Source: Ostreococcus lucimarinus
Taxonomy: Eukaryota
Length of the DNA: 64,000 nucleotides
NCBI GenBank assembly: GCA_000092065.1
Contig: CP000583.1
Direction: 5' to 3' (one strand)
Of the stretch, positions 49,191-57,960 are shown piece by piece (the first letter of the stretch is position 1; each line of letters begins with the position of its first letter). Below the pieces are notes generated by a model. That model saw only the letters and a list, made by a program, of their open reading frames with translations. It did not search any database and had not been told where the DNA came from. The position numbers and the translations under genes are program-made.

Positions 49191-50843
49191 TCACAGCCTG
49201 TGTAGAGTCTGCTCTTTCGTTTGCGGGCTACGCGGTGAAGTCGCTCGCGCCGACTGGGAGCTCACGGCGTCGTACGCGTCGATGCCCGGCGACACCGTGG
49301 GCTTCACGTTCACGTGAACTCGCGTGCCAGACAAAGTTCTGCTCACACCTGGGCTGAGATTAGTTCTTTCGCTCGCGGGAGACACATTTTCTGACATTGG
49401 AAACGAAGCGGACGTGCGCTTGATCTCCTCCAATTTTTTGCGCAACTCTTCTCGCTCTCGCGCTTTTTGTAGGGAATCGACGCGTGTTGTTTCTGCTTTC
49501 GACTCTCGCTGAGACTTTTCGCGCTGCATCTTCTGCAACTCTCGCCAACGTCGAGCAGCTTCGGTACGCATACGATTTTCTGCCTCAGTGGCTTCCTGTT
49601 TGGCTTTTTGTACGAACGCGGCGTTCACTTCGGACTGATTATCTCGCGCCTCAGCTTCAGCGGAGCGTCGGCCAGCTTGGTAGCTTTCGTACGCGGCGTT
49701 ATTGTTCGGTGGAGACGTCGAGTATGTCTGCGTGCTCGAACTCGTCGCGCGAGTCCACTGCCTCGTCATCGACGGCTGCGCGCGAGTGAACGCCTTGTTG
49801 GGTTTGCCCATATTTTCCCAAACCTTTCGACACGCTTGCAGGAGTTTGAAGGTTTCCTCGCAACGCGCGTTGTCCTCTAACGTTCCTCCGCGCGCCGCGG
49901 AGCGATCGGGATGAAACTTCAATAAAGCCTTTTTGTACGAAGTTTCGATGTTCTTACCGTCCTCGTGCGTTCCCAACCGCAGCAATAACGTCGCCAAATC
50001 GCCGTTTTCCGCTATGAAATACAACCCCTCCGACTTGAGCGCCGTCTGCGCCGAGACGCGATATTCATTCAGTGAATCCGCTTCCTTGGCGCGATCTTCA
50101 GCCTCTTGCCTAAACGTCTGAGAGCGTTCCATCATGCGTCTCTCCTTTCTCGCCGCTTGCTTCAGTCGCCGCGCCTCCTCGCGCTGCTTCGCCAGCTCCT
50201 CGGCGCGTCGTTCCCACTCAATCTTATTCGCCTCCGCGCGAGCTTTGGCGCGCTCGTCGTCCGCGGCGTTTAAAGCGCTCGTGGCCTCCGACACTTGTTC
50301 GGCGACAAAGTACATCTTTTCCTTCGTCTCCGCGGAGTCACTCTCGTCCTCGGCCGCGGATCCGGACTCGTCCCCCCGCGACGTCTCCGCCGCGACGTCC
50401 CCGCCCGTCTTCGCCGTCCCGTTCTCCTTACTCGCGAACGTCGCGGGCGCGCTCCCGAATCTCTCGCTCGCTCCCTCGCCGTCGTCCCCATCGCCGCGCG
50501 TCTCGCTCTCGTCCACGAACGCGTCCTCCATCTCGTCGTCCATCCCCGCGAACGCCGACTCGGCTTCCTCGCCGTCGCGCGCCTCGCCGTCCGCCTCGCC
50601 GCCGCCCGCCGCGCTCGCGCTCTCCCCCAAATCCATCGGCGCCGCGCTCGCCGTCCCCGTCGTCGTCTCCGAGCGCGCGCTCGCCGCGCGTCTCGCCCTC
50701 GACGCCGTCGCCGACGTCTCGTTCGCATCCTTTCGCGTCGTCGCGCGCCGTCCCAACGACGCGCTCGCGCGTCCGAGCGCGCATCCGAGCGCGAACCACA
50801 GCGCGCACGCGAGCCTGAACACGAAACGATGGACGTCCGCCAT
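49191..50843 (-). CDS. DnaJ (J-domain) protein with an N-terminal signal/anchor sequence and acidic and coiled-coil regions
   Basis: J-domain with an HPD tripeptide ([13 protein letters not shown]). N-terminus [28 protein letters not shown] is hydrophobic. Start at Met codon 50841..50843. Confidence 0.62.
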   Translation of the reverse strand: MADVHRFVFRLACALWFALGCALGRASASLGRRATTRKDANETSATASRARRAASARSETTTGTASAAPMDLGESASAAGGGEADGEARDGEEAESAFAGMDDEMEDAFVDESETRGDGDDGEGASERFGSAPATFASKENGTAKTGGDVAAETSRGDESGSAAEDESDSAETKEKMYFVAEQVSEATSALNAADDERAKARAEANKIEWERRAEELAKQREEARRLKQAARKERRMMERSQTFRQEAEDRAKEADSLNEYRVSAQTALKSEGLYFIAENGDLATLLLRLGTHEDGKNIETSYKKALLKFHPDRSAARGGTLEDNARCEETFKLLQACRKVWENMGKPNKAFTRAQPSMTRQWTRATSSSTQTYSTSPPNNNAAYESYQAGRRSAEAEARDNQSEVNAAFVQKAKQEATEAENRMRTEAARRWRELQKMQREKSQRESKAETTRVDSLQKAREREELRKKLEEIKRTSASFPMSENVSPASERTNLSPGVSRTLSGTRVHVNVKPTVSPGIDAYDAVSSQSARATSPRSPQTKEQTLHRL

Positions 50844-50950
50844 CGTCGCGCGAACGCCGCGCGCGACGGCGCGGGACGCGAGCGTCGCGCGCGCGCGCGA
50901 GTGACGGTGGCGATCCGTCGCGCGGACGGCCCGTGTGCCGTTGGGCGTCC

Positions 50951-51062
50951 GACCGACCGCGCATGCTTCACATCCGCCGGACTGTTTGCGCGTACGAAAA
51001 CGCGTCCGGTCGGTCGCATGGACGGTCCGACCGACCGCGCGTTTACACTGTTTGCGCGTACA
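50951..51062. promoter_or_regulatory. Imperfect tandem repeat (two copies, about 66 bp apart) in the bidirectional DnaJ / RPT2 promoter, each containing CCGACCGACCGCGC .. ACTGTTTGCGCGTAC
   Basis: ccgaccgaccgcgc occurs twice and actgtttgcgcgtac twice (50981..50995 and 51047..51061), between the divergent start codons at 50843 (minus strand) and 51224 (plus strand). Confidence 0.5.
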
Positions 51063-51223
51063 GACATACGAACACGCCCGCGCCGGCCGTTCGGTCAAAC
51101 GCGCGGGCCGATCTCGCGCGCGCGCGCCACACGGCGACGCGTCTCGACGCGCGACGGCGACGGCGCGAGCGACGGCGCGAGCGACGGCGACGATCGACGC
51201 GCGACGCGCGCGCGCGAGCGAAC

Positions 51224-52555
51224 ATGGGCCAGGGACAGAGCGCGGACGGCGGCGACGGCGCCGACGGACGCCACGGCCGGGGCAAGAAGAAGGAAAAGAA
51301 GAAGTACGTCCCGCCCGCGCCGCCGATGCGCGTGGGAAAGAAGAAGAAGAAGACCGGGATCGAGGGCAGCACGCGATTGCCGAACGTCGCGCCGCAGTCG
51401 AAGTGTAAGCTGCGGATGCTGAAGCTGGAGCGGGTGAAGGATTATTTGCTGATGGAGGAGGAGTTCGTGGGGAATCAGGAGCGGTTGAAGCCGCGAGAGG
51501 AGCGGGACGAGGACGAGCAGAGCAAGATTGACGAGATGCGGGGGGCGCCGATGAGCGTGGGGTCGTTGGAGGAGATCATCGATGACACGCACGGGATCGT
51601 GTCGTCGTCGATCGGGCCGGAGTATTACGTGAACATCGCGTCGTTCGTGGACAAGAGTCAGCTCGAACCGGGGTGCGCGGTGCTGTTGCATCACAAGAAT
51701 TCTGCCGTCGTGGGGACTCTGGCGGACGACGTCGATCCCATGGTGAGCGTGATGAAGGTTGATAAGGCGCCGTTGGAGTCGTACGCCGATGTTGGGGGAT
51801 TAGAGGATCAGATTCAAGAGATCAAGGAAGCCGTGGAGTTGCCGCTGACGCACCCCGAACTGTACGAAGACATCGGCATCAAGCCGCCGAAAGGGGTGAT
51901 CTTGTACGGAGCTCCGGGAACTGGGAAGACGCTGTTAGCTAAGGCGGTGGCGAACTCAACGAGCGCGACTTTTTTGCGCATCGTTGGATCTGAATTGATT
52001 CAAAAATACTTGGGCGACGGCCCGAAGCTCGTGCGCGAGCTCTTCCGCGTCGCCGACGAGATGAGTCCCTCTATCGTTTTCATGGATGAGATCGACGCCG
52101 TCGGTACGAAGCGATACGATTCTCAATCGGGCGGCGAGCGCGAGATCCAACGTACGATGTTAGAGTTACTGAACCAGATGGATGGTTTTGACTCGCGCGG
52201 CGACGTCAAGGTCATCATGGCTACGAATAGAATCGAATCGCTCGACCCCGCGCTCTTACGCCCGGGTCGAATAGATCGAAAGATTGAATTCCCTTTACCG
52301 GACGTCAAGACAAAGCGACACATTTTCAACATTCACACCGGGCGCATGAACCTTTCCGCCGACGTACAGTTGGAGGAATTTGTCATGGCCAAGGACGAAC
52401 TCTCGGGCGCCGACATCAAGGCGCTTTGCACCGAAGCCGGTTTGCTCGCCTTACGTGAGCGCCGAATGCAAGTAACGCACGCCGACTTCAGCAAGGCTAA
52501 AGAAAAGGTTTTGTACAAGAAGAAGGAAGGCGTGCCGGAGGGAATGTTTACGTGA
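51224..52555 (+). CDS. RPT2: 26S proteasome regulatory ATPase subunit Rpt2 / PSMC1
   Basis: Near full-length colinearity with human PSMC1, including the N-terminal MGQGQS (myristoylation context), [19 protein letters not shown], Walker [16 protein letters not shown], Walker B FMDEIDA and the C-terminal hydrophobic-Tyr-X context. Start at ATG 51224. Confidence 0.95.
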   Translation: MGQGQSADGGDGADGRHGRGKKKEKKKYVPPAPPMRVGKKKKKTGIEGSTRLPNVAPQSKCKLRMLKLERVKDYLLMEEEFVGNQERLKPREERDEDEQSKIDEMRGAPMSVGSLEEIIDDTHGIVSSSIGPEYYVNIASFVDKSQLEPGCAVLLHHKNSAVVGTLADDVDPMVSVMKVDKAPLESYADVGGLEDQIQEIKEAVELPLTHPELYEDIGIKPPKGVILYGAPGTGKTLLAKAVANSTSATFLRIVGSELIQKYLGDGPKLVRELFRVADEMSPSIVFMDEIDAVGTKRYDSQSGGEREIQRTMLELLNQMDGFDSRGDVKVIMATNRIESLDPALLRPGRIDRKIEFPLPDVKTKRHIFNIHTGRMNLSADVQLEEFVMAKDELSGADIKALCTEAGLLALRERRMQVTHADFSKAKEKVLYKKKEGVPEGMFT

Positions 52556-52634
52556 TTAGAACCGTTTTAGGAGCGACGACACCGTGTAGTAGAAACTGCC
52601 AAGCATCACACGCGAGCGCCCGATCGCCCGAATA

Positions 52635-53526
52635 ATGTCCTCCGTCGACGACCTTCGACGCGCGTTGACCGCCGTAGGCGGTGAACGACGAGAGGTACGA
52701 CCTCGTTTTTCTCGAACGACGCGACGGCGACGATAAAAACCGACCGACACTGACGACGCGACTCGTTCGACGGAACGCGCAGGCGAACGAGAGATTACGC
52801 GCGCTTGCGTCGAGTAGACGCGCGAAATCCGCGCACACGGTGCGAAATGCGAAAGCTCGTCGGGTGATGCGCGATGAGGACGGAGCGGACGATCGCGAGA
52901 TGGATGAGGCGAGCGCGGTACCGAGGCCGAAGGCAGAGGCGGGACAGCGCGAGCGACGTCTGTTCGCGGGACTTCTCGGGACGCTGAGAAAGAGTAAATC
53001 AAACATAGAAGAGAAGGAAAAAGAGGTTTTGGCGAAGAGAAAGTCCATCGAGGCAGCGGTTTCGGGAAAGAACGAGGAGATTAGTCGGGAATTGAAGGAG
53101 GCGCAGTACAAGGCGTTTTTAGAAAAGCGCGAAGCCGACGAAAGGAAAAAGTTTGAGTTGGATTTGAAGTTTAAGGAGACAGAGGGAGCATTGATCGAGG
53201 CAGAATACGAAGAGATGAAATCTAAAATACATGATGGGGGTATATTGACCACGACTGAGCCCGTGCTCGTGTATAAGCCGAAGAATCCCACGAGCGAAGA
53301 CGCCGCAGCTTCGCAAATGAGTTTGGAAAAGTTGGACGCTTGGCGCGCGTCGCAACTCGAAAGAATCAGAAAAGCTTTGGAAACGATTCGCAGAAGGCGA
53401 GAAGAGATTGCCGAGCGCCGCGCACAATCAAAGGCGAGGGGTGAAGCGCACGATGACGTCGATGTCGAGGACGCAGAGGAAGGCGACGACGCGATGGAAG
53501 GTGACGCCGGCGACGCGGCTGCGTAA
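52635..53526 (+). CDS. Pinin/SDK/memA-domain protein (pinin-like), two exons (model tentative)
   Basis: The SDK/memA core RRLFAGLLGTLRKSKS is followed by a long charged coiled coil. Proposed exon 1 52635..52694 (MSSVDDLRRALTAVGGERRE), intron 52695..52782 (GTACGA donor, CACTGAC 28 nt before the CAG), exon 2 52783..53526. The frame is preserved across the junction. Confidence 0.5.
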
Positions 53527-53587
53527 TCTAACATTTGTAGTATCGACAATACGAACAGTTTAGTGCTAACGGCTAAGAATTAGTCAT

Positions 53588-54667
53588 CTAGTCCTTCAAC
53601 ACGCGGACAAAATCACGCGCGTAAGGCTCCAAGTGATCCGCTTCTGCCGGCATCTTTGCGCCGCCTTTTTCATTCCAGTTGAGCACGAAATCGACATGAC
53701 CCTCCTTTAGGTACAATAGCAACCTGGACGACACCCCAGCGTCTTGAAGTCTCCAGTAAAAGTCCGCGCTCTCGTGCCACGGCACGGTGATATCGGCGCA
53801 GCCCGCCATGAGGACTGTCGGCGGGAAATTGAAAGCGTCCGTTGACGCGTCGGCGGCAATTACGCTTCTCCTGTGGAATCCAGCCATCTTGGACATCGAA
53901 TCGCCCACTAAATCTGTAGGCCCTGGAATCGCGGGCTCAGCAGTTTTACTACGCTGCGGCATCAACTGTGCTGGACTGCACACGTCAAAGTTTTCAGCTC
54001 CATTCATCGCTCGTGCCATCGTGCTCACGATGGCGACGCCGCGCGAGTCTTCGTAGTCGTAATGATACCCAACGTCATAAACGCCCGCGATGCCGATAAA
54101 CTTCCGAGGCATCCTCGCATCGGCGTGCCACTCACGCTTATTCGTCGTCGATTTCACGTTCTGCACTCCCGCGCGCTGTAGAAGCGCCCTGGCGCACAGT
54201 TGCGCCCCAGCCGAGTGACCGACGATGGAAACGCGGTTCGCATCGCCGCCGTATTCACCAATATTATCCAATGTCCAAGACAGCGCCCGCGAAACTTCAT
54301 CCCACATTTGAATCGCATCGGCTCTCGGAAACAACGAGTACGTGACGACACAACAAATGACTCCTTCCTTTGCGAGCGCCGTCGCCATCGGAGAAAACTG
54401 CCAAGCCTCGCCGCTCGCCCACACGCCGCCGTGCACAAAGAGCGACACCGGCGCGTTCGCGCCCGCAACCAAGCCATCTGGAACGTAAATATCCATCACG
54501 CATCTCTCACCTTCGTCGTAGCGAACTTTACGGGACAACGTCACCCCATCCCGCGCGGCGCTCGCGGCGGCGCCGTCCCGCTCGCCTCTCCTCGGCAGCT
54601 TTCTGTGCGTCCTAATCGCCCTGTACCCGTACGGTACCTTCACGACGAGCCCTGAGATTTCATCCAC
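53588..54667 (-). CDS. Alpha/beta-hydrolase fold esterase (HGG oxyanion motif plus GHSAG nucleophile; prenylcysteine-methylesterase / arylformamidase-like)
   Basis: LFVHGGVW and IVGHSAGAQL with downstream Asp/His candidates; length and spacing typical of the family. Confidence 0.6.
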   Translation of the reverse strand: MDEISGLVVKVPYGYRAIRTHRKLPRRGERDGAAASAARDGVTLSRKVRYDEGERCVMDIYVPDGLVAGANAPVSLFVHGGVWASGEAWQFSPMATALAKEGVICCVVTYSLFPRADAIQMWDEVSRALSWTLDNIGEYGGDANRVSIVGHSAGAQLCARALLQRAGVQNVKSTTNKREWHADARMPRKFIGIAGVYDVGYHYDYEDSRGVAIVSTMARAMNGAENFDVCSPAQLMPQRSKTAEPAIPGPTDLVGDSMSKMAGFHRRSVIAADASTDAFNFPPTVLMAGCADITVPWHESADFYWRLQDAGVSSRLLLYLKEGHVDFVLNWNEKGGAKMPAEADHLEPYARDFVRVLKD

Positions 54668-54942
54668 GATGAGTTTCGCCAGTTGCGTGCATCTCGTCAG
54701 CTTTTGCGCGGGCGTGGCGCACCGTGCGAGGTCCTGCGCGCAGAAAGTCGTCGCGTCAGAGAGTTGGATAAAAAGCGATGGGGGCGACGTTCGGACGCGG
54801 GTCGCGCGCGCCGAGACGCGTTTATACCTGGGGTATCGCTTTAAACGCCTCGGTGAAGGACATCGCGCGCGCTCGCGCGAGTTTTAGTCGAGCGCAGGCG
54901 CTGATCAATGGAGTATTTACTACAACGTGAAGATTGAGAATA

Positions 54943-55877
54943 TTATTCGCTGGCTTGCGCGGCGGCCTGTGCTTCAGCCTTCTTCGCCATGCGCTCCGCC
55001 GTCTTGCGCTTTTCCCGCTCCAAGAACTCTTCTTGCAACTCCTTCGCAGAGGCAAGCTTGGAGAGCAAACCCTTGTACATGGCGAGATCCCCGTTCACCT
55101 TCTTGAAAGACAATCCGCCGGCTTGCGCGAGCGCTTCGAGCGCCTTCGGATCCGTCGCCTTGGCGAGTTCCAACATTCTGAAGATACCGATCGCGATGTA
55201 CTTGGTGTACATGAGCTTATTCTCCGCACTCTTCGCCGCCATCGTCGCGAAGATCGGGTTCGCGCTCAGGCCATCCACGCCGCCGGCCGACGCCGCGAAC
55301 GCGCCGAGCGCCTCCGCGTCCGCGCGCGTCTTCGCCGCGTCCTCCCCGAGGGCGCCCAAAAACGCGTTGAAAATTTTAACCTTCTCCGTCTCGCTCGGGA
55401 ATCCCTCGTAGAGCTGATCGAACACGCTCACGAATCCCAGCGACGCGAGTTCGCTGTATTCGCTCTTCGCGTTGTACTTCGCAAAGTGTCCCTGCACGAG
55501 CAGCTCCTGCGTGACGGTCGACCACACCGACGGGATCGGGTACGGGTACGCCTGCAAGAACTTCGCCTTCGTGTCGCTCACCGTCACGTCTGCGTCGCGT
55601 AAACCCGCGATCGCGTCGTCAGTCTCGCGTTCGCGTCGCGCGCGTCGTTCGTCGCGTCGCGCGTCGCGCGTCCCGCGTCCCGCGTCCCGCATCTCGCGAA
55701 CCCTCTATCCATCCATCTCGCGTCGTCGCGTCGTCGTCGCGTCGTCGTCGTCGCACCGTAGGCGCTCGCGCGGACGGCGACGGCGGAGGCGCGTCGCGCG
55801 ACGCGCGATCCGCGCTCGACGCGCGGGCGCGCCGCGCGCGGGGTCAGGACGGAGGCGGTCGAACGCGCGGCGGACAT
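54943..55877 (-). CDS. THF1: THF1 / Psb29 (thylakoid formation 1) with a plastid transit peptide, two exons
   Basis: Exon 1 55757..55877 (MSAARSTASVLTPRAARPRVERGSRVARRASAVAVRASAY; S/A/R-rich). Exon 2 54943..55589 begins DVTVSDTKAKFLQAYPYPIPSVWSTVTQELLVQGHF, colinear with cyanobacterial Psb29 ([29 protein letters not shown]). Intron 55590..55756 on the minus strand has a GTGCGA donor, ACTGAC 25 nt before the CAG, and phase 1. Confidence 0.78.
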
Positions 55878-55976
55878 GGCGTCGAAAAGTGCGGCCGCGG
55901 CGTCGACGTCGACGCGGGCGCGCGCGCGATGAAACGGTGGTCGAACTGTTTGGCTATAGGGGGATGGCGGACAAGG

Positions 55977-56999
55977 CTAGGACGCGCAACGCGCGGGAAA
56001 TCGTCGGTCGTGCTCGCGCGCGGTGGCGATCAAGTCCCCGGCGTCGCAGCGGAGGGCGAGCTTTTCGATCAACGCGCGCGCGCTGGTGAGCTGGGACTCG
56101 TAATCGGTGATGAGGGCGGCGACGGCGGCGTCGGCGCGAGACGCGCGCGCGTCGGAGGACGCGCGAGACGCGCGCTCGGAGACGAGAAGACGCTCGACGC
56201 GAGCGAGACGAGCGGAGACGCCCTCGGCGTGACGCTTGATGAGACTCATCTGGCGCTCGCGGCGGGCGACGTCGGCGAGTTTGACGGTCACGGCGTCGCG
56301 CTCGAGGGTGACGGCGCGAAGCGCGCGGCGGAGGCGCGGCGACTCCTCGTTCGCGTCCGAGACCTCGTTCGCGGACAGCCTCTCGGCGAGCTCGAGGTGA
56401 CGGCACTCTCGTAACGCGAAGTTTTCTTTCCCGAGTCGATCGATCTCGTCGTCGTACGACTCGAACACGCCCAACCATCGCTCTGGGACGTCGCGGCGCA
56501 ACTGTTTGCACCGCTCTCGCCACTCGTTCGCCGTCGATCGCGCATCTTCCACCGCTTCCCACGCCTCGGCGTCTCGCTTCGATCGATCCGCTTCTAATTC
56601 ATCTAACTTCATCTCCACTCGAGCGCGCGCGCGCTGCTCTTCGCGGAGTAAACGTAAGAGCGTCTCCGGCGTCTCGAGCGCGCGCGGTCGCGGACTCGAA
56701 TTCGCCCCCGCGTCCTCCCTCCGCGTCTCTTTTCGCCGTCTCCCTCCCTCCCGCGACGCGAACGCCTCGAACGCGCGCTCGAACGTTTCGTCCTCCTCGA
56801 CGTCGAGCTCGCTCGCCGGCGCCGCGCGCTCGGCGCGAGGAATCCGAACGCGCTCGACGAGCTCGCGCAAATCTTTTGCAACGTTCGGCGACTTTAAACT
56901 CGTCGACGTCGACGCCTCGCTCGCCTCGTTCGCGCGCTCGCGCGTGAGTTCGTCGTAAAGCGCATCGAAGGTTTCCGACGACGACTTCGCGCGCGGCAT
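55977..56999 (-). CDS. Hypothetical coiled-coil protein
   Basis: A 340-aa ORF dominated by E/R/A/L heptad-like sequence. No domain recognised. Its composition is distinct from the R-rich antisense artefacts. Confidence 0.35.
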   Translation of the reverse strand: MPRAKSSSETFDALYDELTRERANEASEASTSTSLKSPNVAKDLRELVERVRIPRAERAAPASELDVEEDETFERAFEAFASREGGRRRKETRREDAGANSSPRPRALETPETLLRLLREEQRARARVEMKLDELEADRSKRDAEAWEAVEDARSTANEWRERCKQLRRDVPERWLGVFESYDDEIDRLGKENFALRECRHLELAERLSANEVSDANEESPRLRRALRAVTLERDAVTVKLADVARRERQMSLIKRHAEGVSARLARVERLLVSERASRASSDARASRADAAVAALITDYESQLTSARALIEKLALRCDAGDLIATAREHDRRFPARCAS

Positions 57000-57237
57000 G
57001 GCGCGTCGATGTGCGGCCCGAGTTTGTTTTCTAGCTTCTAGTGCGACAAGGAACGACGCCTCGGCGCCGCGACTACGTGAATTAGATTAGATGATTCCCG
57101 ATCGCGAACGCACCGCGACCGGGATCGCGTCCGAAGACGCGCGGCGCGAAAGCCGTCGTCGATCGCGCGCGCGCGTCCCGCGCGCGTCGAGCGATCGATC
57201 GAACGAACGACGATTCGCGCTCGCGCGTCTTCGGACG

Positions 57238-57723
57238 CTAGAGCGAATACGTCGACATCCAGTACACGAAGTGCGCGTACGCCACCGACATCCCTAATAT
57301 CGCCCCCACCACCACCTGTATCGGCGTGTGTCCCAACGTGTCTCTCAGCGGCCTCGAATCCGTCAGCGGATGATCCCTGGGCAGTTCGACGATCAACTGA
57401 TTCAACACCTCCGCCTGTCGTCCCGCGTGCAGGCGCACCCCCGTGGCGTCGTACATGACCACCAGCGAGAACACCAGGCACAGCGCGAATATGCTCGACT
57501 GCATCCCCTCCTTCAGTCCGATCGACGTGCACAGGCCGACGACCAGCGCGGTGTGCGAGCTCGGCATCCCGCCCGAGCCGACGATCCGCGAGTAGTCCAC
57601 CTTGCCCGTGGCGTGATAGTGCGTGAACACTTTCGCGATTTGCGCGATGCTGAAGCTCAGCAGCGCGGCGATGAGCGCGGGAGAGCTGACGACGGCGGGG
57701 ATGTGGCTGATCTTCGACGCCAT
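57238..57723 (-). CDS. Divergent PAP2 / YuiD-like membrane protein (acid phosphatase/vanadium haloperoxidase-related, DUF212)
   Basis: MASKISHIPAVVSSPALIAALLSFSIAQIAKV.. and the SGGMPSSHTALV motif characteristic of the family. Start at Met codon 57721..57723; the remainder of track ORF 57238..58623 is a leader antisense to the PRMT gene. Confidence 0.62.
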   Translation of the reverse strand: MASKISHIPAVVSSPALIAALLSFSIAQIAKVFTHYHATGKVDYSRIVGSGGMPSSHTALVVGLCTSIGLKEGMQSSIFALCLVFSLVVMYDATGVRLHAGRQAEVLNQLIVELPRDHPLTDSRPLRDTLGHTPIQVVVGAILGMSVAYAHFVYWMSTYSL

Positions 57724-57960
57724 GGCGCGCGCGCGCGCTCGCGCGTCGCGAGACGGCGCGTCGAGCGGAGGCGAGCGGAGGCGCGTGCCGCGCGCGTCCC
57801 GGGCGGGACGCGCGATCAAAAAAGGTCCGTGTGTGTGGTCTCGCACGTGAGCGTTTTTTCGAAACGCTCGAGCGCGCGCGAGGACGCGACGTCGCGGCGC
57901 GCGAGGACGCGACTCGGCGACGCGCGGTGGGCGAGCGGCGAGGACGACGCGCGGGTGAGG

